Notes: a model not told the origin generated them from the sequence alone. DNA of 64,000 nucleotides from an uncultured Planctomycetota bacterium (GCA_963823665.1 CAWGMQ010000004.1:96001-160000); one strand, 5' to 3'; counted from the stretch's first letter, positions 41,490 through 52,102 are shown. Translations and numbers: made by a program.

Positions 41490-43081
41490 TCAGGAAGTCC
41501 TCAACACGTTGACCCGCCTGAACCGCGCGGGAGCGCACCCGTGGCTCATGGCGTTGATCTGTCCGGGCTGGCCCTTGCCGTCGGCGTCGAGACCGACGTT
41601 TTCCCACAGTGCCTCGCCGCCGATGCCGTCGCAGGCGGACCAGAAGTCAGGCGTGCGGCTCTGGTAGGCGACGTCGGCGATCATGCCGCGGACCTTGCCG
41701 CCCTTGATTTCCCAGAATGCGTCGCCGCCGAACTGGAAGTTGTAGCGCTGCTGGTCGATCGAATACGAGCCGCGGCCGTCGATCAAGACACCGTTCTCGA
41801 CGCCGGAGACCAGGTCGTCGAGCGTGACCGGCTTGTCGGAAGGCGCGAGCCAGACATTGGGCATGCGCTGGAACGGCACCGAGGCATACGAATCGGCATA
41901 GCAGCAGCCCATCGACTCGGTCTGGCCGATCAAGTGGGCCTGGTCGCGAATCGTCTGATATCCGACGAAGATGCCCGCCTTGATGATCGGGAACTGGCGG
42001 GTCTTCACGCCGTCGTCGTCGTATCCGCAGGTCGAAAGGCTTTCGGGCCGGATGCGATCGCCGTTGAAATTGACGATGTCGGAGCCGACGCGGAACTTGC
42101 CGAGCTTGTCGGGCGTCAGGAACGAGGTGCCGGCGTAGTTGGCCTCGTAGCCGAGCGCGCGATCGAGCTCGGTCGAGTGGCCGATCGACTCGTGGATCGT
42201 GAGGCCCAGATGGGTGGGCAAGAGCACGAGATCCATGACGCCGGGGGAAACGGACGGTGCCTTCAAATGCGCGACCGCTTCTTCGCCGACCCGGCGCGCC
42301 TGGCCGAGCATGCCGGCCCGCTCGACGGCCTCATACCCGGCGCAGACGGCGTGCGGCCGGTACGTGCGCGACTTGACCTTGCGCCCGGCCTCGACGGCGG
42401 TGGCCGTGAACTCGGGCGAGATCTGGTAGACGTGCTGCTCGATCGTGCTCCCCTCGGACGAGACGAAGAAGCGGTCTTCCAGGTGAACGCCGATCGAGCC
42501 CATCACCGAGAACACGCCGGCGACCTTGCGGGCCTCGGTGGCGACCGATCGCAGCAGCTCGAGCTTCTGCTCGATCGGAACCGAGAAGGGATCGGTGACG
42601 ACCTTGGTGCGATAGGTATCGCGGTAGGCCGGAGTCGCCGCCAGCTTGATCGGCTGGAGACGCAGCGGGGCATTGGCCTTGGCGATCTCGACGGCCTCGC
42701 CGGCGGCGCGGGCGATTGCGTCGCGGGTCACTTCGTGCGAGGCCGAGAACCCCCAGGCGCCGTCGGCGAGCACGCGAAGACCGAAGCCGAACGATCCCGA
42801 TGTCAGAGACCGAGGGCACCTCGACGGGCTTGCCGGTTGCGCGGTCAGACTGCACGCGAAAGCCGACGCGCTGGTTTCGATAGCGGTTGATGCGGATATC
42901 GGCATACGTGGCCCCGGCAGAGCGTGGCCCGCTCGATTGCGAAGGCCGCCAGCTCGCCGAGCTGGCCGACGTCGAACTCGGCCGCCGCGGCGGAGAGGCA
43001 CGACCAGTCGCCATTCGCCAGCGCGGTCCAAACCGCCGCGCCGGCGCCGCAACGACCGAGAAATGCCCGTCGAGAGTGCAT
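41490..43081 (-). CDS. tldD: TldD family metalloprotease with Tat signal peptide, frameshifts near 42800-42920
   Basis: HESIGH zinc motif, YDDDG, QRMPN, SIDQQRYNFQFG and SHGC; N-terminus MHSRRAFLGR with a GGAGG RBS. Confidence 0.88.
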
Positions 43082-43229
43082 TGCGGACGCCTCCTTTATT
43101 TGACGAAGCCCTGCAAAGACGCAGGCCAAAGAACCGGTGCAAGTCGCGCCCCGTCTGCTTGAATTCTGCGTCAAGCTATCATGGTCGTGGTCGCGCCGCA
43201 ATCGGGTTGTTTGTGGTATCATCGAGTTT

Positions 43230-43481
43230 ATGGAAAACGCAGTCGATGCGCTCGTTCTCGACCTTCTTGAATGGGTGGCCAGCCGCGAGCGGACTTACCG
43301 CGAAGTGCTCGAGGCCTGGCGCACGTCATGCCCGAGGCTCCCGGTGTGGGAGGATGCGACAGATCGCGGCCTCGTCAGGCGAGAACGTGCAGATGGCCGC
43401 TCGGTCGTCATGGTCACACCGAAGGGCCTGGCGCTGCTGGCGCAGTCCGGACGACAGAGCGTGGGAGGCAGCCGTGAGTGA
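43230..43481 (+). CDS. Small conserved hypothetical protein (winged-helix-like)
   Basis: LVLDLLEWV...YREVLEAWRTSCPRLPVWEDA...VTPKG. Confidence 0.7.
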   Translation: MENAVDALVLDLLEWVASRERTYREVLEAWRTSCPRLPVWEDATDRGLVRRERADGRSVVMVTPKGLALLAQSGRQSVGGSRE

Positions 43482-44042
43482 ATGTGCCGCCGTTACCCGC
43501 TCTGGCTCTCCCTTCGCACGGGGCGGAAAGTTGCGGCGATCGGTGCTGATGTTGGCGGTCTGGGGCCTCGTCACTTCGGGTTGCCAGGCGCGGTTGAGCC
43601 GGGCTCGGCGCCGCATGTCGATCGAACGGTTGGCCCATCGCAGCAACCGCTTGCAGTGGATCCAGCGCGGGTGGGCTCATTTCCCGCTACCACGAAATCG
43701 GGTGGCGGCTACTTCTATGACGAGGTTCTCGAATATCGCGTGTGGCTGCATCCGGAGCGCGGGGCGCCGCGGCTCACGGGGGGCTCGGTCTATTTTGCGG
43801 CATTCGCGCGCTTTGAATCAGCCCTGGCGTATTCCCAGCAGCACGCGGGGGCCGAGGAGCCGCTCGTGCTCGTGCGGCAGCGTGAATCGATCGATGAGCC
43901 CACGCCGGGGACGTTCGTGTGGGAGAAGAACGAGCGCATCACCGAATGGCAGGTGCCCTGGCTGGACGGTACCAAACGCGGGCCGAAGAGCATTCCGGAG
44001 TTCCTGGCGGCTCACGGTGCAGGTCAACGGGCCAGTCAGTAG
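43474..44042 (+). CDS. Conserved hypothetical protein, possibly a lipoprotein; 5' end uncertain, likely frameshift near 43588
   Basis: Core SGGGYFYDEVLEYRVWLHPERGA...EEPLVLVRQRE.IDEP...RITEW; a lipobox-like LVTSGC sits upstream in another frame. Confidence 0.65.
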
Positions 44043-44251
44043 TCCATTTCGAGCTTCGGCTGGGCGCGATGAATGCCTTGATCCCGGCTTCGCTGATCTT
44101 GGCGCCCAAGCCGACAGAATTCCACCGGCGCAATATATCGTACCTGGCGACTTGGCGTGAAAACATTTGAAGATCGGAGTGCAATCATTCGTGCGAGCGA
44201 TGCGCCTTGGGAGCAGTTTCCAGTGTGATTGTTGACTTCGCCGGAATTTTC

Positions 44252-44281
44252 TTGACATCGTCCTGACACTCCGCCTATTCT
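44252..44281 (+). promoter_or_regulatory. Putative sigma-70 promoter TTGACA-N18-TATTCT
   Basis: AT-rich intergenic region about 100 bp upstream of the PEP-CTERM gene. Confidence 0.4.
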
Positions 44282-44378
44282 CCCTATTCCTCAGGCTTTC
44301 TTCAATTCCACTAAGTCTCGCGTCCTATGATCTCCGGGGTCGATCGCAACTCACTTAGCTAAGTAAAGGGGCTAGCCG

Positions 44379-45101
44379 ATGGCTGGTGCGCTTCGCGCGG
44401 TTGGAGTGGTCGTTGCTGCATTCTTGATCACGCTCATTTCTTCACTCGGCGCTTTCGCCGGTCAGGTCACAGTGCACTTCTCGGGTACCGTCACGCTGGT
44501 CGATACGAGCGAGATATCGGGCACGAAGGTCGGCAATTCGTTTAGCGGCATGCTAGTTTATGACTCCAGCACGCCGGAAACTTCGCTGGCGGGCTCTGAT
44601 CCGGCACAGTACACCGCTCGACCGCCACTTGCCTCGGGGTTGGGGATCACGCTCACGGTGGGCGGCAACACGTATGCTGCCGAGCTCGGCGACGTGCTTC
44701 AACTGACGGTCGGCAACGACTTGACGGGAACTTATCGCGATGTGTTTGCAGCTCGCGGCTACGTGAACGTGGGCGGCGCCGTCACGGGTGCAGAGTTCGG
44801 GGTTGCCGACCAGACGGGAACGGTGTTCTCCTCGACCGCGCTGCCGACGAGCTTGGACTTGAGCAAGTTCAGCGTGGGTACATTTGCCCTGGCTGGTACA
44901 CCGGGCTCAACCGACATCTTTGAGGGAACAATCAACCTGGTGCAAGCGGCCTCCGTGCCGGAACCGGGGTCTGCGGTCCTGCTGGGGATTGGAGCCCTGG
45001 CAGGGGGTTGCGTGCTGCGGTCGAGACGGGTTCGGCTTCGCCGATGTGCCGCTGATCAGGTCTGTCTATCGCACGACGGGCGGCAGTGGAACGTACGGTG
45101 A
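44379..45101 (+). CDS. PEP-CTERM sorting domain protein
   Basis: Signal peptide, Thr/Gly/Ser-rich body, then VPEPGSAVLLGIG + TM + basic tail. Confidence 0.9.
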   Translation: MAGALRAVGVVVAAFLITLISSLGAFAGQVTVHFSGTVTLVDTSEISGTKVGNSFSGMLVYDSSTPETSLAGSDPAQYTARPPLASGLGITLTVGGNTYAAELGDVLQLTVGNDLTGTYRDVFAARGYVNVGGAVTGAEFGVADQTGTVFSSTALPTSLDLSKFSVGTFALAGTPGSTDIFEGTINLVQAASVPEPGSAVLLGIGALAGGCVLRSRRVRLRRCAADQVCLSHDGRQWNVR

Positions 45102-45980
45102 AGGCTTGAAGCCTACGTTTGGCAAAACCTCGTTCAGCGTTTTCATTCCATCGACCGTGACTGCGGTGCCACTGAGATGGAGCTGCTTGAGGTTGCGGAG
45201 CGACTTCAGGTTCATCAGACCCGCGTCGGTGACTTGCGTGCCGCTCAGGTTTAGTTCGGTGAGGCCGGCCAACCCGTCCAGATGCGCCAGACCGGCGTCG
45301 CTTACCCGCGTGTTGCTCAGGTCGAGCGTGGATAGGTGCGTCAGTCGCTGGAGATGCGCCAACCCCGCGTCGGAGACCTGGCTACCGCTCAGGTCGAGCT
45401 CCGTGAGGTTCGTCCATTTGCTCAGTTGGGCCATGCCGGTGTCGGTGATTTGAGCACCGTGGAGCTGGAGCTCGGAGAGATTCCTCATACCCTCCAACTG
45501 CGCCAGCCTTTGGTCGGTGACATGCGCGCCCGGAAGGGAAAGCCACCGAAGGCTGGTCAGACCACCGAGCTGAGCAAACCCTGAGTCAGTGACATCCAAT
45601 CCTTCGATCCGCAATTTTTCGAGCGCGGTGAGGGAACCGAGATATGTCATCTCTCGATCCGAAGCGACGCCAAAGAAGTAGACGGTGGCGATGTGGTCGA
45701 CGTAGTCAATTCCGACAAGATTCACGAGCCATTCCGGCGCAGGAGCGCTTGCTCCGGGAGAGCCTAGAGCCGCTTGCGACTTATATGCCACGGTGGCTCC
45801 GGTCTTCTCAAGTGCTACGAGCGCCTCGTGCTGGATTCGTGCGCTGCGGACAAACCAGCCGAGGCCGGCGCCCATCACCAGTACAAGCACGATCAGGCCG
45901 CGCATGCTGAAACGCAGGTAGCGGCGCCAGGGATGGGCGATGGGGCCGGGAGTCATTTTGCTGGTTTCGTGATGCGCCAC
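45066..45980 (-). CDS. Membrane-anchored LRR protein (paralog 6, about 7 repeats)
   Basis: WRRYLRFSMRGLIVLVLVMGAGLGW, GIDYVDH and LRRs. Confidence 0.9.
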   Translation of the reverse strand: MAHHETSKMTPGPIAHPWRRYLRFSMRGLIVLVLVMGAGLGWFVRSARIQHEALVALEKTGATVAYKSQAALGSPGASAPAPEWLVNLVGIDYVDHIATVYFFGVASDREMTYLGSLTALEKLRIEGLDVTDSGFAQLGGLTSLRWLSLPGAHVTDQRLAQLEGMRNLSELQLHGAQITDTGMAQLSKWTNLTELDLSGSQVSDAGLAHLQRLTHLSTLDLSNTRVSDAGLAHLDGLAGLTELNLSGTQVTDAGLMNLKSLRNLKQLHLSGTAVTVDGMKTLNEVLPNVGFKPSPYVPLPPVVR

Positions 45981-45983
45981 GAG

Positions 45984-46505
45984 CTAGTATCCCAAATTTA
46001 CTACTAAATAGGGCAGCGTTTGCTCCAGCTCGCGGACGGAGCGATGGCTGCTTACTCCACCGCGGAGATCGAGGGTTCGGAGGTTCTTGAGGCGCTTGAG
46101 CCGGGCGAGGCCCGTGTCTGTCAACTCGAGCGTGTCGGTGATGACCAGGGTCCGGAGCTGGTCGAGATTGCTGATGTGGGTCAATTCCGTGTCGGAGGGA
46201 TGCGGAATGCTCACGTATGCGACGTTGCCGAAGCAATCGATGCCGAACGCGTCCACAAGCCATCGCGGGGCCAGAGGCTTCGTGCCGCGCGGGAAGTGGC
46301 CGTTCCTCCATTGCCAGTCATAAAGGATCTGTCCGTGGGCCTTCGTGATGGCCGCTACTGCCTCGCGCTGGGTGCGGGCGGTGCGGGCGAACCAGGCGAG
46401 CCAGAGGCCGAGCATGAGCACCACGAGAATCAGGCTGGCGATGTTGAACCGGAACCGCTGACGCCGAGGAGTTGAATCGGGCTCGGAATTGCCGTGATCG
46501 GTCAT
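45984..46505 (-). CDS. Membrane-anchored LRR protein (paralog 7, about 2 repeats)
   Basis: RFRFNIASLILVVL, YDWQWRNG...KPLAPRWLVDAFGIDCFGNV, two LRRs and a C-cap; 3 bp from paralog 6. Confidence 0.88.
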   Translation of the reverse strand: MTDHGNSEPDSTPRRQRFRFNIASLILVVLMLGLWLAWFARTARTQREAVAAITKAHGQILYDWQWRNGHFPRGTKPLAPRWLVDAFGIDCFGNVAYVSIPHPSDTELTHISNLDQLRTLVITDTLELTDTGLARLKRLKNLRTLDLRGGVSSHRSVRELEQTLPYLVVNLGY

Positions 46506-46550
46506 GTCAACCTCTCGCGAGCAGGCGGCACGAGAACGTTCGAACCGAAC

Positions 46551-46645
46551 GGTCCGCAGTGGCGGACCCTACGAGAAACCTTCAGCACAACCGTCCGGCA
46601 CGAGTGCTGGACTCAGCTTCTGGACGGTCCACGGTGGCGGACCCT
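46551..46645. repeat. Two tandem GTAG-type REP-like elements
   Basis: GGTCCGC-AGTG-GCGGACC-CTAC at 46551-46572 and a degenerate copy, ggtccacggtggcggaccct, at 46626-46645. Confidence 0.65.
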
Positions 46646-46712
46646 GAATCAATATTGGGCGATCGGGGCCGTGACGCCAAGTCCTTCGATGGCGAGGCTG
46701 ATGGGCTGCGGC

Positions 46713-46718
46713 TATAAT
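46713..46718 (+). promoter_or_regulatory. -10 box TATAAT upstream of the kinase-STAND gene
   Basis: Perfect hexamer 42 nt before ATG 46761 in high-GC DNA. Confidence 0.4.
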
Positions 46719-46760
46719 CTGACTTTGAAGCTGACGACGCTGCCTTCTCGCGGGTTGATT

Positions 46761-49700
46761 ATGAGCGACGAGGATCTCACACTCCCGTTCCAGGCGGCAG
46801 CCGGCGGCGAGCTGGTCACTGAGGCCTCGGAGCTGAACGGTTCTGGCGCTCCCGATGCTCTCGCCCGGCTGCCGGAGCGAATCGGCCGCCACCGAGTGGA
46901 AAAAGTCCTGGGCGAAGGCAGCTACGGAATCGTCTATCTGGCGTTCGACGAATACCTGCAGCGGCACGTCGCCCTCAAGCTGCCGCACGCCCGGCTCGTG
47001 GACGACTCCTCGCTGGCCGTAGTGTATCTGACCGAAGCCCGCACGGTGGCCAACCTGGATCATCCGAATATCGTGCCGGTGCACGATGTCGGCAGCACCG
47101 AGGAGTTCCCCTGCTATATCGTCTCGAAATACATCGACGGCACAGACCTCGCCACCCGGATGGCGCGCAGCCGGCCACAGCTTGGTGAAGCGGTGGAGCT
47201 GGTGGCAACCATTGCCCTGGCGCTGCACCACGCCCACAAGCAGGGGCTGGTGCATCGCGACGTGAAGCCGGGCAATATCCTGCTCGACAAGAGCGGCAAA
47301 CCTTTTGTGGCGGACTTCGGCCTGGCGCTTCGCGAGCAAGACGTGGGCAACGGGCCGCATTACGTGGGCACGCCTGCTTATATGTCGCCGGAACAGGCTC
47401 GCGGCGAAGGGCATCGCGTCGATGGCCGCAGCGACATTTTCAGTCTGGGGGTTGTCTTCTACGAATTGCTGACCGCCGCGCGTCCTTTTGAGGGCAGCTC
47501 GGCGGAAGAGCTGGCAGAGAAAATCACCGGGGCTCTGCCCTGCGCCCGCGGCAGATCAACCCGAACATTCCCAAGGAACTCGAGCGGATCTGCATGAAAG
47601 CCCTGTCGCAACGGGCGTCGGAACGGTATGCGACGGCGAAGGACATGGCCGACGATTTGCTGCATTTCCTGGCCGAGAACGACCGTGGGACCGGCTCGTC
47701 CACATTCGATGCGGTGCCGCCTGGCGGCGCGGCAGCAGCGACGGGATCAAGAACCCCGTCGTCGGCGACGGTGACGAGAATGCCATCAGCGCCACCGATC
47801 CCGAAGATTGTCCCCAAGGGCCTGCGATCCTTTGACTCGCACGACACCGACTTCTTCCTCGAGCTGCTGCCGGGCGCCCGAGACCGCGAGGGTTTGCCCG
47901 AAAGCATCCGGTTCTGGAAAACCCGGATCGAGGACACGGAGGCCGAGAAGACATTCTCGGTGGGACTCATCTGTGGGCCCTCGGGATGCGGCAAGTCGTC
48001 AATGGTGCAGGCGGGTTTGTTGCCGCGTCTCGCGGACGACGTACTGTCGGTGTACGTGGAAGCGACGGCAAGGGAGACCGAAGCACGATTGCTCACCGGG
48101 TTGCGCAAACGGTGCCCCGGGCTGCCTCCGGAGCTGGGGCTCAAGGAAACGCTGGGGGCGTTGCGACGGGGCCAGGGAATCCGGGTGGGAAAGAAGGTGC
48201 TGATCATTCTGGACCAGTTCGAGCAATGGCTCCATGCCAAGCAGCAAGAGGAGAACACCGAGCTGGTGCACGCTCTGCGGCAGTGCGACGGCGGCAGCGT
48301 GCAGTGCGTCGTGATGGTGCGCGACGATTTCTGGATGGCGGTCATACGCTTCATGCAGGAACTGGAGGTTCGCCTCGTCGAAGGGCAGAACTCAGCGGCC
48401 GTCGACCTCTTTCCCATTCGCCACGCCGAGAAAGTTCTGGCGGCGTTCGGGCGGGCTTTCGGCGCCCTACCCGAGGGCCCCGGCGGCATGAGCAAACAAC
48501 AGAAACAATTCATCGAGCAAGCCGTCTCCGGGTTGGCCCAGGAGGGCAAGGTCATCTGCGTGCGGCTCGCACTGTTTGCGGAGATGATGAAGGGGAAGCC
48601 GTGGACGCCCGCGACCTTGAAGGAAGCCGGCGGCACCGAGGGCGTGGGGATCACGTTCCTGGAAGAGACGTTCAGCGCGAGCCCCGCTCCGCCGGAACAC
48701 CGCTATCACGAGAAAGCCGCCAGGGCTGTGCTCAAGGCGCTCTTGCCCGAATCCGGCAAAGACATCAAGGGGAACATGCGCTCGGAGGCCGAGCTGCTGG
48801 CGCTCTCGGGCTACGGGGGCCGCATCCGCGACTTCGAGAGCCTGCTGGGCATCCTCGACGGCGAGGTGCGTCTGATCACGCCGACAGGACCTGAAGGGGT
48901 GGCGGGTGGTGGGTGGCGCGGAGCGGGTCATTACCAGCTCACGCACGACTACCTGGTGCGGCCGCTGCGGGAATGGCTGACGCGAAAGCAGCGGGAGACG
49001 CGGCGCGGGCGGGCCGAGCTGCGTCTGGAAGAACGAGCCGCCCTGTGGTGTGCGCGCAAGGAGAACCGGTTCTTGCCATCGGCATCGGAATGGCTCAACC
49101 TGCGGCTGCTGACGCGGAGTCGTGACTGGACGGCGCCGCAGCGGACCATGATGCACCGGGCCGGCTGGCGTCACGCCGCGCACGGCGCGATTCTTTTCGT
49201 GGGGATGATGGTGCTGGCGCTCCTCGTTCGGGAGGGTTACGGCCGACAGCGGGCCCGTGGCCTGGAAGCCCGCCTGCTCGAGGCGACCACTGCGGATGTG
49301 CCGGACATCGTGGGCGAAATGGGACCATATCGCCGCTGGCTCGACGGCGAGCTGCGCCAGGCGTACGCCGACGCGGCGGCCGCGCACGATGCACGCCGGG
49401 AGCTCCACGCGAGCCTGGCGCTCCTACCGGTGGACCCTGGCCAGGTGTCTTACTTGCGCAAGCGGCTGCTCAGTGCCAATCCTGAGGAAGTGTTCGTCAT
49501 CCGAGGAGCCCTGCTGCCCTACGCGGGCGACATCAGCGCGTGGCTCTGGGAGGTGCTGGAGAACGGGAAGACGGTCTCGGGCGAGCGGCTGCGAGCGGCT
49601 TGCGCACTGGCAGTGTATGCGGCGGGCGACACGCGATGGAACGGCGTCAGCCGCGACGTGGCGGCGCGGCTGGTCACAGAGCCCGTGCTGGTGATCGCCC

Positions 49701-51133
49701 GCTGGGCCGAGGCTCTGCGTCCGGTGCGGAAGCACCTGCTGTCGTCCCTGGCCGCGCTGCTTGTGGAGAGTGATCAGGACGCGGCCCGTCGTCTCACGAT
49801 CACCCGTCTCTATGGCGACTACTCGCAAGGACTGGCGGAGCCTTTTGCCCCACTCGAGGAAGAGGCGGCCGGGATCATCAAGCCGAATGGTGGTGACGGC
49901 GGCGCGGTCACCGATTCCGTCACTGATCCGAACGCCCGCCTGGCGCAGCAGCGACGGCAGGCCAACGCCGCGGTGGCTCTGGCCGCACTGGGACGCTGGG
50001 AGATGGCGCGGCTGTTGCTCGAGCACACGCGCAATCCGACGATGCGCAGCTATGTGATCGACCGCCTGGCATCGGGCGGAGCCGATGCCCGCGGGCTCGA
50101 CGCACTGATCAGCGACGGCTCGGAGGTTTCAGTGCGGCGGGCGTCCCTGCTGGCGCTCGCGGAGTTTGACGAACAGAACCTACCCTTTCCGGAACGGGAG
50201 CGGTTGGCCCCGTGTCTGGCCGCGATGTACCGCGATGACCCTGACCCGGGCGTGCATGCCGCGGCCGGCTGGCTGCTGGGCCGGTGGGGAGAACCGGGGC
50301 GACTGGTCGATGCGAACCGTTCCCTCGCGAAGGGCGCGCCAATCGGGTCTCGACGCTGGTATCTCAACTCGCAGGGTCAGACGCTTGTGCTCATTCCGCC
50401 GGGCAAATTTCGGCAAGGCGAGGAACCAGGGCGATCCGAGTACTGTGTCGACCACGGATTCGCTCTCGCCGCCCGCGAAGTGAGTGTGGCCGAGTTTCGC
50501 GTTTTCCGGAGTAGTTACAAGTGCAACCGCGCATTCGCTTTGACCGAAGATTGCCCGGTGCATGAGGTGACGTGGTACGACGCGGCGGCCTATTGCAACT
50601 GGCTCAGCGAGCAGGATGGCATCCCCAAAGAGCAATGGTGCTATCTTCCCAACGACAAGGGGCAGTACGCAGAAGGAATGAAGATCGTGCCCGATTACCT
50701 AAGCCGGTCGGGATACCGGTTGCCGACGGTAAACGAGTGGGAATATGCGTGCCGGGCCGGCAGCGTGACGCGCTGGCAGTTCGGGGAGGCTGAAGACCTG
50801 ATCGCCAGATACGCGTGGTGCGTTGTGAACTCATCGAGCCGGCTGCATCCGGTGGGGAGTCTGCGCCCGAATGATCTCGGCCTGTTCGACATGCACGGCA
50901 ACGCCTGGGAGTGGTGCCAGAATCGGGCCGGGAGCGCTTCCGCCGACGGCAAGTCTTCTGCCGTTCGCAACGTCGTGAGCGACGCCGACCGATGGCTCGC
51001 GCGCAGCGGCGGATTCGGCCACGGTCTCCTCACCGTGCAGTCCGCCAATGCAATCGACATTCATGTCAAGGAGGGCGGCGGCGACCTGGGGTTTCGCCCG
51101 GCGCGAAGCCTGCGCATCAACGATAGACGCTGA
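46761..51133 (+). CDS. Ser/Thr kinase - STAND-type P-loop NTPase - TM - HEAT-like - FGE/sulfatase-modifying domain fusion; frameshift near 47535
   Basis: Kinase: LGEGSYG, HRDVKPGN, DFGLA, GTPAYMSPEQ. NTPase: GPSGCGKSS, IILDQFEQ, VRDDF, YQLTHDYL. FGE: RLPTVNEWEYACRAG, GLFDMHGNAWEW, GFRPAR. Confidence 0.9.
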
Positions 51134-51845
51134 GGCTCGGCAAAGCCTTCTTCAGGTCCGCCGCGCCAGCGTCCGTGACCGGAGTCTGCACGACGTTCAA
51201 GACGGTCAGGTTTCGCAGATCTTTCAGATGCGCCAGACCGGCGTCGGTGACCTGGGTGCCGGCGAGGTTGAGCTCGGTGAGACCCGTCAGGTTTTTCAGG
51301 TGCGCCAGGCCGGTGTCGGTGATGTGCGTACCGTTCAATACGAGGACGGACAGACGCTTGAGGCCGGTGAGATGGATCAGGGCGGCGTCGGTGATTGGCG
51401 TGTAGTCGAGGTCGAGTCTCGAAAGGGCCTTCAAACCAGCCAGATGCGCCAGGCCCGCGTCGCTGATGGGCGAGCCCGTGAGACTCAGGCGCTCGAGTTG
51501 TGTGAGACGCGCGATGTGTGCGAGATCCGAATCGGTTTCCGCGCCCCCGTAGAACGCGACCTGGGTGACGTGCCCGAAATAGTCGATGCCGACGCGATCC
51601 ACGAGCCAATCGGGCACCCATGGTTTTGTGGCCGGGTAGACCCTTCCATTCCGCCACTCCCAGTCGTACTGGACCATGCCGCCGGCGGCCGCGATCGCCG
51701 CGGCCGCGCCGCGCTGGTTGCGCGCGCTGTGGACGAGCCATCCCAGGCCGCCGCCTGATACGAGCACCAGCAGGATCAGGCCGCGGATGCTGAAGCGCAG
51801 GTATCGCCGCCAGGGACGCGGGCTTGGCTCGGGGTGACCAGTCAT
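51117..51845 (-). CDS. Membrane-anchored LRR protein (paralog 8, about 5 repeats)
   Basis: WRRYLRFSIRGLILLVLVSGGGLGW, YDWEWRNG, GIDYFGHVT and LRRs. Confidence 0.92.
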   Translation of the reverse strand: MTGHPEPSPRPWRRYLRFSIRGLILLVLVSGGGLGWLVHSARNQRGAAAAIAAAGGMVQYDWEWRNGRVYPATKPWVPDWLVDRVGIDYFGHVTQVAFYGGAETDSDLAHIARLTQLERLSLTGSPISDAGLAHLAGLKALSRLDLDYTPITDAALIHLTGLKRLSVLVLNGTHITDTGLAHLKNLTGLTELNLAGTQVTDAGLAHLKDLRNLTVLNVVQTPVTDAGAADLKKALPSLSVYR

Positions 51846-51949
51846 ATTGGATCCGCCAGCGTGGGCCGCTTCTTCTTCAGCGTCGACCGGAATCGTTCAG
51901 CCGGATTGTATCTGCTGTGGTAGGGACGATAGTAGACCAGTCGAATCAT
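51842..51949 (-). pseudogene. Transposase remnant (ISAzo13/IS630-like)
   Basis: Translates as IRLVYYRPYHSRYNPAERF, matching the YYPPYHSKYNPIER-type motif around the catalytic Glu of these DDE enzymes. Confidence 0.6.
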
Positions 51950-52102
51950 CAGCCGGATTGCACACGCGGTTCGATCCCCAATAGTGCACCCTGCATGTTG
52001 AAGATCGGGCACCTCAGGGATTTTTTCAGAAAGTTGTGTCGGCACGCGCCCGTCGACCCAATTAATAATGTAAGTCGATCAGCTTCGTGAGGGAGTAGAG
52101 AC

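Noticed and set aside
43482..44042. GNAT acetyltransferase label for this conserved protein
   Set aside because: No acetyl-CoA binding motif (Q/RxxGxG/A) is visible; left as hypothetical.
44353..44364. Perfect palindrome ACTTAGCTAAGT before the PEP-CTERM gene
   Set aside because: Single 12-bp occurrence with no identifiable cognate regulator; insufficient support.
50990..51133. DGR target (FGE/C-type lectin C-terminus) or DGR-driven LRR variation
   Set aside because: No reverse transcriptase and no template repeat differing only at adenines in the window; a remote DGR cannot be excluded.
51965..51992. tRNA 3' fragment (GGTTCGATCCCC...GCACC) as an att site
   Set aside because: The T-stem does not pair, and there is no cloverleaf or CCA.
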